64,000 bases of DNA from Penicillus capitatus (taxonomy: Eukaryota > Plantae > Chlorophyta). This document shows positions 13,065 to 24,489 of the stretch, piece after piece. Within the stretch, counting starts at the first letter, position 1. Every line of letters starts with the position of its first letter. The stretch covers positions 1,859,197-1,923,196 of the forward strand of contig OZ287694.1 in NCBI GenBank assembly GCA_965649825.1. The letters run 5' to 3'. A model generated the notes under the pieces. It made no database searches. It saw nothing but the letters and a program-made list of their open reading frames with translations, and had not been told where the DNA came from. The translations under genes were made by a program, and so were the position numbers.

Positions 13065-13878
13065 TTTGCTTTCTCGTCTGTCGGTCTGTCTGAGAAAACG
13101 TATCGTCAAGTGCGAGAAAAGACGAACAATGAACGCGTTCCGTCGATGAGTCTGACGGACGACGCGGCATCCATTTATTCGCCATCATCTCATGTGTACG
13201 GCCATTACTTCATGTGCCAAGATCACTTTGCTTGCTAGTTATTCTCTTGTTACGCTAACAGAATCTCCCTGCGTCTGAATCTTTAGAAAGTCGTTCGCCG
13301 AGCAACCACGCCGTGCGAGACTGTTCTGCTGTGTCTCGCGTGCGATCTTCGCTAGTCAAGGAGCACAGCGCGTTGCCTTTGAGCGAGGCAATGCCCTCCC
13401 ACTGCGTCTAACGTGTTGAGGGATGTCAGAAGGCCGCGACGGTCGTAGCCGGTGCTACAACAGCTAATCCCCTGCGTCTCTGTCTGCCACACATCTCCTG
13501 GCCGATGGTCCTGGTCATGCGGCTAAGTGCGGTGACCAACCTCTCCCTGAGGACTCTGCTCTCCGTTTACTAAACTAACAGCAATTGCTGCCATCGTCTT
13601 GCCGAGGCGGGATACGAGTTTAGCCTCTTAGACCAAGGCGTGGGGAAGACATCCAAAAGTGCGGCGCTCTGTTCTACAAACACCTTCTCGTGAGCGACAT
13701 GCAAACAGGAGGTGGCCTACATGGGTCTTGACGGTGAGAAGAAGTGACTGTTCTTCTTCCATTCGGGTAGAGCCACTGTGAAGAGTCTGAAGATTCCTGG
13801 CAGCATTTTGGAGAATCGTTTTCGAATCCACACTGACGGAATAGTGTGATGTCGGGATCTAGGCTCATTCGGAGGAGA
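13011..13878. repeat. Duplicated 5'/upstream block of the minus-strand TRP-like genes (copy at 61504-62378)
   Basis: Direct alignment by eye; the first ~370 bp differ at only a handful of positions. Confidence 0.9.
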
Positions 13879-14205
13879 CAGAACAATGCAAGAAGCTGCC
13901 AGCACACAGCATTGGACATCTGCCTATCAGAATTCGTACACCGAGCCATCCGATACGCTATTCGCCGTATCTGTGGCTCTCCGACGCGAAGATGATCGTT
14001 CAGAAATCCGACTTCATTTGACACCTTAGAAGGGTTTTCAATCAACGTCATCGAATCTTAACCGCATTCCGAACTTCCAATTCGTTATTTCACTGCGAAC
14101 TTTGGCCGAGAACGTTTACAACGCCGAAACGCTGAAACGATAAGTTTGTTCTGCACGTGCTGTGTGCGCAACGATATGATTCTCCATTGCACAGGTGGTC
14201 GAAGA

Positions 14206-17200
14206 ATGCAGTCCGAAGCTTTGGTCGAAGAAACGACGGCTGGTGGACCGTCCGCATCGGGCGATGTCGTTCGACCCGGCAAGAGCGACTCGCACGTCAA
14301 AGAACTTGACAACCCGAAGCTCCTGCGCACAGTCGCCAAAAAATACGGCGTAGAGAGCACGAAGTTACTGGTGGCGGCGTATAACGCAACGACGGTTAAG
14401 GATGAGCGTGGAGTTTTGCTTCATTGGCTCCGCAGATACGACGAATGGAAAGACGACTGCCTCAAACCGAAACACGTGCTTAGATATGCAGAACTAGCCA
14501 AAGTCGCCCACGTCTCCGAACAAGATGCCACGGTTCTGAGAAACCTGGTCTATAACTTCGGTTCCCTGATCCGTCCTAACGAATTTCTTGACGAGGACGT
14601 GGCAAAGGCTATGCTCAGTGCGCTCACATGGGTTGAATCTAGCGTCTATGATGACACCTCTCGATTGGCTGATCTGGGGTTAGACCTCTTGCTCAGCCTG
14701 TCCTCCAGACCCAGACTCACAAGACAAAACTTTCTTAAATACGAAGCAAACTTTCTCTGCATCCATCAAGTCTTTTTTCTCTTGCAAACCATCGGTCGTG
14801 GTCACTTGCTTGAGGAAGAGAAGAAAAGGCTTCGTAGAATTGTGGCACAGAAAAAGGAAGAGATGGAGTTATCCATTCTATATTACCCGGTGTCCTTTCA
14901 CTTTGAGTCAATTCAGCAAGCTGTCGAGCGCTTAGAAATCCAAGACACCCCATCAAGTCTCAGAAAAGCGAAAAGATATGCTGCATCTGGACTCTATGGC
15001 ACGATGCATGTCTTCCACTTGCTCAGACAACTGACCGGCGGCGATGTCGATCCTACATCAATAGAATATGCATACAGAAGAGGTCGAGCGGCACTTGCCA
15101 ACGCGGGAGTGTCAGAGAGGGAGTGGTATGATATACTCCAGATTCTAACGGCGGCCAGAATCCGCGCGCTTAAAGAAGAGAGAAAATGCGAACTTGTTGT
15201 ACTAGCGTACGACGCGGCGATGGAAGGGCAACGCAAAACCACTAGGGAAAAAGAGCAAAAAGCCTTAAGATATGGCATCCTCCAAGAAATGAGGCTTTTG
15301 GCAAGTGATAAGGACTTTTGTCAAGATGGCCGCAAGAAAGCAATGGCGAAGCTGGTCGAATTAACGACAAGTGCAGTAATCTCCGAGAGCTGGATCCATG
15401 ATGCAGACATCCTTGTTGCGATTTTAGACGCACTGCACGTAATCCACTCGATAGGCGAACAAAATGAAAATATAGGCGATGCTCTCCGAAGCATACAACG
15501 ATCATGCGACGAACGTACGAAAGGGACGTTAAAAGTTTGGCTCGATGGCAATACCATAGAAGAGAAGCTTCAACACCAGGAACATGCGGATAACGAGTAT
15601 GAAGATCCGTTCGACAAGATAGGTGCATCCGTTGGATACTTGCATCCGTCTACGATTCGTTCTAATATCGAAGAGCTCAAGAGAACGTACCTGCACGACA
15701 ACTTTGCTACAGTGAGCGCCATTGCTATTGTTTCGCCAAGACATGAAAGTTGTGTCCGTGTTGAAGGTGCCTTCCTTGTTTGCATCTGAAGTCCGTGGGC
15801 ACGTGAAGCATATGGAGCATCATGTTGTCGCGTACGAAGAAATTGTCGAAAAAAGGAGTATTGAAAGAAAAGAAAAACAACGTAAAGGAGACGGGGATGG
15901 AACGGAGGCAGAGAGCTCCACGATGCAGAAAAGAGATGACCCAAAAGAATACCGCGAGCAAAAGAGAAAGGTCACAACCCCCATTTCAATAGAAGACTTG
16001 TTCAAACCGAGATCGTTAAAAGCGGGGGTCGGCAAGAGCGATATCCGAAAAGTGCTTCTATATGGAAATCCCGGTTCGGGGAAGACTTGCCTCAGCAAAG
16101 CCATTGCTTACAGATGGGCATTGGGAAAAACGTTGCAGGAGTTTAAAGCCATCTACGTGGTCCCTGTAAGACGTCTAAATGTCGCTAAAGCCAAAGGGGC
16201 ACGAGGAGAAGGGCTTACGGAAGTGATCGCACACATGTGTTTTGAGCAAAAGGAAAGCGATACTGAATTTGAAGACTTGAAGACTCAAGTTAACGACGAT
16301 TTCGATATGTCTAGCACATTGCTAGTTTTTGACGGATTGGACGAGGCCGATGACGACACAAGAGAACTCCTTTCTAAGGTCGAGAAGGATGAATGCAGAC
16401 TTCTGATACTTACACGACCATACAACCTGCAAGGGATACGAACCAGAGTAGATTTCGAGTTCGAGTGCTTGGGATTCAATGACCAACAACTCAGAAACTA
16501 CATAAACAAAGAACTGCAGCAAGATGGAGCTTCGAGACTCATCCATTCTTTGCAAGAAAATCGGGGTATGTGGGAAGCCGCACACACTCCGGTGACGGCG
16601 TACATTCTCTGCACTTTGTCGAAAGAACGTGGAACTTCTATTGAGAATCGAGGGAAAAGGACGAGCATGTTTCAGATCTATGTCGACATGACAGATTTTG
16701 TATGGAAGAGGTTCAAAGAAAAGGCCGACGCCAGAACGGCGGACAAGAGTGTCGTTTTCGAAGATCTGGAGAAGATCGCTTTCGAAGCTCTTAAGAAAGG
16801 ACAAATACTCATCGAAGAGAGTATAGTTGAGCATTATACAACATCCACAAACACGACGGAAATCTTTAGGAAAAGCGGATTCCTCCTACTCGTTTTGGAG
16901 GGAAAACAATATCAGTTTCCACATCTCACCTTTCAAGAGTATTTCGCCGGAGAATACATTGCAAGAAACTTAATACAAAAAGGATCGGAGGAAGAGACGA
17001 AGGTACTCGATTTTATTCAAGAAGAGAAGTATAATGAAAAGCATGCTTTGACGCTATCCTTCGCAATGCACGCATTCGCGAGAAAACGGAGCAAACATGA
17101 GTTGAAAGAGATGCTTTCGATTGTCGATCAACAACCCGTTGAGGTTCTCGGAATTCAACACTTTTTCTTGAGAATGCGAGTCCTCGAAGCAATATTGGAA

Positions 17201-19855
17201 GAGGCGGAAGCTGCCGATTTGAAGACTCTCGAGAGAGACGAACAAGCAATCGAGATCGCCGAAAGTGCCCGCCGACTTCTAAAAGGAACGATTGACAACA
17301 TTCTAGTCTGCGAAATTGTAGTCGAGGCATTCGACAAATGCTTTCGCGTTTTGGAACACTTTCCTATAATACTCAATGACGCCATTGATGGGACGAAGAC
17401 ACTATTAGCAAGTTCAAGATACTTAACATGGAACGAAAGAGCCAGAGTTGATGCTATGCTCAAGCTAGCAAGGCATTCTCCGAAGCATATTGGTGACATT
17501 GGATCGTTCTTACGACTAAATGCCAAAGTCAAAGATCGGCAACGGAACACCATTGGCTCGTTCCTGCAACGGAACACCATTGGCTCGTTCCTGCAACGGA
17601 ACACCATTGGCTCGTTCCTGCAACGGAACACCATTGGCTCGTTCCTGCAACGGAACACCATTGGCTCGTTCCTGCAACGGAACACCATTGGCTCGTTCCT
17701 GCAACGGAACACCATTGGCTCGTTCCTGCAACGGAACACCATTGGCTCGTTCCTGCAACGGAACACCATTGGATCGTTCCTGCAACGGAACACCATTGGA
17801 TCGTTCCTGCAACGGAACACCATTGGATCGTTCCTGCAACGGAACACCATTGGATCGTTCCTGCAACGGAACACCATTGGCTCGTTCCTGCAACGGAACA
17901 CCATTGGCTCGTTCCTGCAACGGAACACCATTGGCTCGTTCCTGCAACGGAACACCATTGGATCGTTCCTGCAACGGAACACCAAAATCAAAGAGCGGCA
18001 CAGCAAAGAAGATGGCACAGCAAGGTTGCTAGATGTTGTAAGGAAGATACCGCAGATCGCGGATAGCCTGCTACCGATGCTTCAAGATATGTGCACCGAA
18101 GAAGACAGTAATGTGCGTAGTAGTGCGATGGAGGCCATCGGCAGCATCGCTAAGGCGGCACCGCACATCTCCAGCGATTTGCTACCGATGCTTCAAGAAG
18201 GGTTCACCGACGAAGACAGTAATGTGCGCATGAGTGCGATGGAGGCCATCGGCAGCATCGCTAAGGCGGCAGCGCACATCTCCAGCGATTTGCTACCAAT
18301 GATTCAAGAAGGCTTCACCGACGAAGCCACTAACGTGCGCATGAGTGCGATGGAGGCCATCGGCAGCATCGCTGAGTCGGCGCCGCACATCTCAGGCCAT
18401 TTGCTAACGATGCTTCAAAAAGGATACGACGAGAATGCCTCTGACGTGCGCGTGAGTGCCATGTTTGCGATTTGCCGCATTGCCAAGGCGGCACCGCAGA
18501 TCGCTGATAGCCTGCTACCGATGCTTCAAAAAGAGTGCATCAACGGAGACTTTAACGTACGCATAAGTGCGATGGAGGCCGTCGGCAGCATCGCTATGGC
18601 AGCGCCGCAGCTCGCGAGCTACTTGCTGCCAGAGCTCCAGAAAGGGTGTGACGACCCGGACTTTGACGTGCGCATGAGTACAATGTCAGCAATCGGCAGA
18701 ATCGCTATGGCGGCACCGCAGCTCGCGAGCAACTTGCTGCCAGAGCTCCAGAAAGGGTGTGACGACCCGGACTTCCACGTGCGACGGAGAGCGATGTTGG
18801 CCATTCGCCGAATCGTTAAGGCGGCTCCGCAGCTCGCAGGCAACGTGCTGCCGAACCTTCCAAAAGGGTGTAGCGACAAAGTCTTTGACGTGCGTTGGAG
18901 AGCAATGCAGGCTATCGGCAGCATCGCTGAGGCGGCGCCACACTTCGGGGGCTACCTAATAGCGATGCTTCAGAAAGGGTGCAGCGACAAAGCTTCCGTC
19001 GTGCGCAAGAGTGCGATGCCGGCCATCAGTGACGTCGCCAAAGCGGCGCCGCAGCTGGCGGTCGGTTTGCTGTCGATGCTTCAGAAGGGGTGTATCGACA
19101 AAGCCTCTGTCGTGCGAGAAAACGCGATATTGGCTATCGGTGACATCGCTTTGGCCGCGCCGCAGCTCGTAGCCGACGTGCTTCCGGTGCTTCAGAAAGG
19201 GTGCATCAACGACCCGGCCTCCGTAGTGCGCAAGAATGCTATATTGGCTGTCGGCAGCATCGCTGAGGTGGCGCCACATCTTGGGGGCTACCTGTTGGCA
19301 GTGCTTCAGGAAGGGTGTGATGACAAAGACTTTGGCGTGCGTCAGAGGGCGATGTCGGCCATCCGCCACATTGTTGAGTCGGGGCCGCACCTTGCCGGCG
19401 TCGTGTTGCCGGTGTTCCAGAAAGGATGCAGTGATGAAGACGTTCGCGTGCGCGAGAATGCAATGGAGGCTATCAGCAGTATCGCTGAGGCGGCGCCGCA
19501 CCTCGCAGGCGACGTGCTGCTAGTACTTCAAAAAGGGTGCAACGACGAAGATTTCGGCGTACACTCGGCCGCCAAGAAGACACTAAACAGTATCAACGTT
19601 GATAAGTTTGTTTTTTCGACCATCTTCTTTACTCCTACGTATGAAGAGTGCTTTCTGTTACTTCTTATGAAAAATGCATTTACACTCGACTCTCCTTTCG
19701 GTTATGAAAAAGTTTCCCTCATTTTACACACGACTTCTTCCAAACAAATTGGTCGGTGGAACAAGAAGAATCTTGATGGATTTTTGTGGAGGTTAAGAAA
19801 ACAGGCTGATGAGCGCTTTTCTGGGTTGTCAAGCTATCTTAGAACAAAATACTAG
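14206..19855 (+). CDS. NLR-like STAND ATPase 2: orphan N-terminal domain + NACHT + 27-nt repeat insert + 14 HEAT repeats; join(14206..15711,15767..19855)
   Basis: ATG 14206 aligns with the start of paralog 1; 55-nt GT-AG intron 15712-15766; Walker A GNPGSGKT at 16064; Walker B LLVFDGLDE; frame open to the TAG at 19855. Confidence 0.88.
17540..17983 (+). repeat. In-frame minisatellite: 16.4 x 27 nt encoding (NTIGSFLQR)n
   Basis: Unit caacggaacaccattgg(c/a)tcgttcctg. The synonymous C/A variant runs 8C-4A-3C-1A. Absent from paralog 1. Confidence 0.97.
18047..19600 (+). repeat. Coding tandem array: 14 x ~111 nt HEAT-like units
   Basis: Fourteen units counted in the translation; units 2/3 and 6/7 are near-identical neighbours. 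Confidence 0.9.
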
Positions 19856-20703
19856 CGTAAAGAAATGCATTTGCGTTGGTAATCTAAGGAACCCTAGTGC
19901 TGTTCTGGAAATCGCGTTTATTGCATAGTAGCGTCATATGTGGAACGTTGCTTCACTATCGCGGAGAATTTTTTATTTATACCTGCCTTGAAAAGAGATT
20001 GGGCATCGAGTCAAATCCTCTAGCGTTCCATAGACTCTAATCAATGGTGGATAGCTTGTTTGGTGTGTCGTATCATGGGTTTGACGTGCTCGAAGAGAGT
20101 CAATCATCGTGTGTTTAGAAGCATCCAACGCTGTACGTGCTATCCGTTGGCGCTCTGAAAAAATGCGTGGAAAGCTTTTTTGGCGACAGTTATGAGGCCT
20201 TTGAAGCGAAGGAAGAACAAGTCGAAGAGGCCTAGAGACCAGCAATCAGCGTAACGTGGGTAGCTTGAACAAACAGACTGTCTGAGTGCCATGTTGGGTC
20301 AAGTGGATTTTATTACGCCGTATCGGAACAAGAGGCTGTCGTATGCATGTGAAGAATAACGCGCTGTCATTCGCGGACGCTTAAGCGTTGACAAAAGTCT
20401 CAGAAGATGCCAAGATTTTGGAGTTTTCATGTTGCCGTGAAGATAAATTTTACAGCATTACCGGCCTGCCTAATGCAGACTACGTTGACTTCATGGCTCG
20501 AAACTTAAAACGAAAAAGTTTTAAAACGATGCCAAGAAAAGAGCAAAACAAGCAAATTGTAACGGTCATCCAATGCGATAGAATGCAAAGTTGCTGTGAA
20601 GTCGAGGCAGAAAAACGTGGCGCCGAAGGGTACCGCGGGACGAAATCAAGACCTTGTCAGATGCGAGTAAAAAGACGGATTTCATGTGTGTAACGTCAGA
20701 CGA

Positions 20704-20860
20704 CACAAATAAACGAACAAAGCTTTTAAGTGCATGCGAAATTTAAGAGAGTGTGGACTTGTTGATTGAGTCGATTTGTGTCACATGACATCTCTGATAC
20801 CTAGCACGTAATGTCCTTGAATTTCTTATGATCTTGACCTGTGTTCAACAACGAACGTCA
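20704..20860. repeat. ~160-bp dispersed repeat (second copy 32379-32538)
   Basis: Shared core acttgttgattgagtcgatttgtg...cacgtaatgtccttgaat...ttgacctgtgttcaa..ac.gaacgtcaa. Confidence 0.75.
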
Positions 20861-21831
20861 AGTGCTGCTCGATTATCTAGAATCGCAGCAATCAACACTA
20901 AGGTGCTACATTTTGCAAAACCACTTGCCATCAATGTCGAAAGGATCTGGCTGTCACATCGTGATTGCCTAGATTTCCGAGATTCTGTTCCCGAAGGGGC
21001 GCTTACACCACGTGTCATGTCACCTGTGGCATACAAAGACATGACCGTGGACACATGTGAACCTTTTGCTCTGTAAACGTGGAAGCCTTTCTCTGACAAT
21101 CACGGACTCTCATTTAAGATCAATCTTGCATAATTGTCGCGCATGAGGCGCCGCCGCACTAAACGAATAATACAGCTGAAGGATTTCACAGCTTACAGAG
21201 CAAGGTTGTTTGTCCACAAAATGTGCTCATTTGTATATGGAATGTGACACAACTTCACAGGTTAGGTGAGTCATCCAACGCCCGGGGCCATAGGAAAGTG
21301 CCCCTGACAAGACGTTAGTGCCTCTTCAGGAACAAGACCCCTCAGAATCGAGGCAGATGATGTGACTTCCACACGAGAGCGTAACAAAAATCACCTTCAG
21401 TTAAAGGCATTTTTGAGGAACGTGTCCCGATGAGCAAGTGCAGAAAATGCAGCAGTCTTGTCGCCCGCCGTGGCCACCGGAAACGGTTGGGTCTATACAT
21501 AACCACACCGGCGCACTGAGTATCGATCGGAGACGGGTGCCAGCCTCCGTTTCCAACCTGACTTTCCAATAACAATAGGATGATTGTTACTGAATGTGGG
21601 CAGAAGTTCTCAGCCGTTAGCCTTAAAGGTTAAGGAATCCTTACCCATCCTGGATACTTAGACGCGACAGTTCTATGTAAGGTTATTCGTGTTCCTGACT
21701 CTGTCTATCATTGAGTGCGTTTTCGTCGACATCGTCGCGCGTGAATTGAGTCCAACTTTTTCGAATTCGTTTACACTATCCCCAACCAACAGAAAGGTTC
21801 GTTAAACGTTCACGCTCCTGATACCTCTCGA

Positions 21832-22328
21832 GTTAGCGGGCATTGGCGCTCGCTGTGACCAGTGTGAAACATCTCATGCCTGTTACTGGAAACATCTCGC
21901 TTTTGATCGCCGTGGTGATGAGATTCTTCCCGTTTTTACAGGAATTGTTCTACGTCGAACAGTGTTTTGTATGCGAGTTTATTGCCGTTCAAGAGCATAG
22001 TTTCTCTGAAAGCGATCGCGGAATTTCAGACAATTAGTCATCGTTCGGTACTTCAGTCCGAGATGAGTATTTCTTCATCACCATTGTTGGAGGCTTGTTG
22101 ACGGATCTCAGAATGCCAGTGAATCTCGTTGTTCGAGAAAAAAAACAGCTCTACAACAAGACGTACTTCTCCTCAGGCGTTTATGGACGTAACGGTAGAC
22201 CCTTATGCATGCCGTCAGTCGTTGTTGTACTCGCTAAAATTAGCTAATTCTTCCTCGAAGCAGATAAGAGCATCGCATTTTATATGTGCTTCGCTTGATC
22301 GTGAGCTGCAAGACGTTATGTGTACTAC
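21832..22328. pseudogene. Orphan copy of the TRP-A upstream block, with no channel gene following
   Basis: Aligns to 5535-6035 and also lies downstream of an NLR-like gene; similarity stops near 22328. Confidence 0.5.
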
Positions 22329-22860
22329 AACATAAAGCTGTCTTCTTTAGACGCCCGTATATCTAAAATCTGCAATTTATGCGGATTTCTTCGTATACAT
22401 ACACACGCGGTTCGGCACCTGGACCGAATTTTGAGTTCCCTCGTTTCTGAGCGTAACGATCGATACCATCAACAGGAATGGTATCTTCTGATTCATGTCC
22501 ATGATTTAGGCAATCCGATTTCGGAGAAACGCATTCGATCGCGGTTCAACGTACGAACGACCACCGGAGAGCTCAATCCATCTTCACATAACTCTCTACG
22601 AAGTGCAGAAGACATGGATGCTGCGCTCTTACACAGTTCTGAGACCGACATGTGCGGCTCTCGCAATCGCTGCCGTATCTGGCAGACTTCTTCGCTCTTT
22701 AAGCAGTTGCCATAAAGATGGAAACATCTTAACATGGAAGCATCGACAGGTTACTGACAAGACAAACTGCTACAGGTCCAAAAGAGAAGCAGGTATGTTT
22801 CAAATGCCCGGATGCTGTCCGTCATGGATCAGGAAGGACGACTCGGTGGTGAAGACCTGT

Positions 22861-23907
22861 TTAGGTCATCGGGTACATATCGGACGCCTTCTCATCCACT
22901 ACTTCATCGTCTGCTTCTGAAGTGTACTTGAGATGACCGGAGAAGATTGTAATCGGACCATACTTCCCAACAGCTTCCTGGACTTTAAAATGCGAGCCCG
23001 GATAGACGTCGACCTTTACTCTTTCCGAACGACTCTGATGAAACGCGCTTCGTTCCACCGTCGACCAATCGAAATGAATACTGCTGCTGATCTTGAGCTG
23101 AAAAATTCTTCCGAAACCTGCTGACGCACTTACAGACGTAGAGAAAGACCCCGCTCTCGTCGACTCTCTTTCCAGATTCGTGCCTCTTGCGTATTCCAAT
23201 TCGACTCCTATTATCGATTTGCCAGCCTTGTTGTCAAACTCCGTGATGGTGACCCACTTATCAGACGCTTCCCATTCTTTGTCGCCTTCTTTCCACCCGA
23301 CAAATCGATTGCGGCCTCGAGTCTTTGATTTCCAGCTACCGCAGTAGAGCACACTGTTGGTCCAAAGGAAAATAAAATGGTACGGCGCCCTGGCTCTGCG
23401 AATCATGAGATTGTCGTTATTCTCGTCGAGATAAAGATGGAAACGTTCCCAGGTGTGGATCTCTCCCCTTCCTTCGACATCGCCTTCGTCTTCGCAACAC
23501 AACCATTGCTGAGTTTTGGTGTTTTTGATAGCAAAGACTCCATCGTCGACTATATAAAGTTCAAATCGATGCGCCTCTTCACAATTCTCTCCGTCGGCGC
23601 GGAACCTTCCGCTTCCCGAACGCGCATCGTGACGCACAAACTTCAAGTTTGTGCCGAGGAGGGCGATGTACCGCGTTCCGACACTGACGCCGTCATTTCC
23701 CGGCCCCACTTGAAAACGCCACAGCTGGTCGGTGTTCGTCACTCGGACGGTAGAAGGATTCTTAACGCTTCGCGTCGGACGCCATAGCTGGTTGGGGTTC
23801 GTCGCTTGGACGGTAGAAGTATTCTTGACACTTCTTGCAGAACGGACCTCGGTTGCGACTGCCGTTTCAGTAAACAGCAGCAACAATGCGACAGATGTGA
23901 AGGACAT
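22861..23907 (-). CDS. Secreted protein: signal peptide + fascin-like beta-trefoil + Ser/Thr-rich beta domain (putative aerolysin/ETX-MTX2-type pore-forming module)
   Basis: Intronless ORF. MSFTSVALLLLFTETAVA resembles a signal peptide. Fascin-like units IALLGTNLKFV..., FAIKNTKTQQWLCCE...WERF. The C-terminus has alternating S/T beta strands (SFSTSVSASAGFG...ISSSIHFDWST). The pore-former call is inference from the sequence pattern. Confidence 0.65.
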   Translation of the reverse strand: MSFTSVALLLLFTETAVATEVRSARSVKNTSTVQATNPNQLWRPTRSVKNPSTVRVTNTDQLWRFQVGPGNDGVSVGTRYIALLGTNLKFVRHDARSGSGRFRADGENCEEAHRFELYIVDDGVFAIKNTKTQQWLCCEDEGDVEGRGEIHTWERFHLYLDENNDNLMIRRARAPYHFIFLWTNSVLYCGSWKSKTRGRNRFVGWKEGDKEWEASDKWVTITEFDNKAGKSIIGVELEYARGTNLERESTRAGSFSTSVSASAGFGRIFQLKISSSIHFDWSTVERSAFHQSRSERVKVDVYPGSHFKVQEAVGKYGPITIFSGHLKYTSEADDEVVDEKASDMYPMT

Positions 23908-24414
23908 CTCCGAAGCGGGCGGCAGGAAATCAAGGGCCTGCACAAGACAGTCACATCGCCATGGAAATCTTGGCGACAAACAGTGACAGTTGAATCAGGA
24001 TTCATGCCTTCTGTCGTGCGAAAGACACGGCGAGTCGAACTAACGTGCGTAGTGGAAACGAAACAAAACGGAAACACGCAAAGAATTGATTAAATTACAC
24101 AGCCCGGCCGTTTCCCGGGATGCTATCGCCCGTCACTTTAAACAATGAACGAACGCGCAAGGCGCGTCTGAGCCTCTTACTTCTTCGGTGTGTCGAAACT
24201 CGTATGGCGTAGAACTTCCTTCGTCTTCCGTCCTCGCGTTGGTATGGAGATCGTCGCAGAGTCTTCTCACGTCTCCTCGAGTCCATCCCGTCCACTGTAG
24301 CTGGTTCACGCGAAAAAAAACAAAAAAGGCAAAAGGCAAAAGGCAAAAGGTAGAGAAAGATGATGAATGGATGCAGCAACCGACGCAGTCTTCTGCGTCA
24401 GCAGCTTTAGGGCT

Positions 24415-24477
24415 AGGGTGACTGCTCAGTCGAGTGACCGAACAGTTTCGACGGCGCCACCCGTCTCATCAGACCCC
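24415..24477 (-). ncRNA. Type I hammerhead ribozyme (minus strand)
   Basis: Minus strand reads GGGGU-CUGAUGA-GACGG(GUGGCG)CCGUC-GAA-ACUGUUC(12 nt)GAGCAGU-C/ACCCU: complete core, 5-bp stem II, 7-bp stem III, 5-bp stem I. Predicted GUC cleavage between 24420 and 24419. Confidence 0.9.
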
Positions 24478-24489
24478 TTAAGAGTTTTT

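Noticed and set aside
17155-18032. Alternative-frame and antisense repeat ORFs (VFRCRNEPM, VPLQERANG, GTPLARSCN)
   Set aside because: By-products of the 27-nt repeat inside the NLR2 frame.
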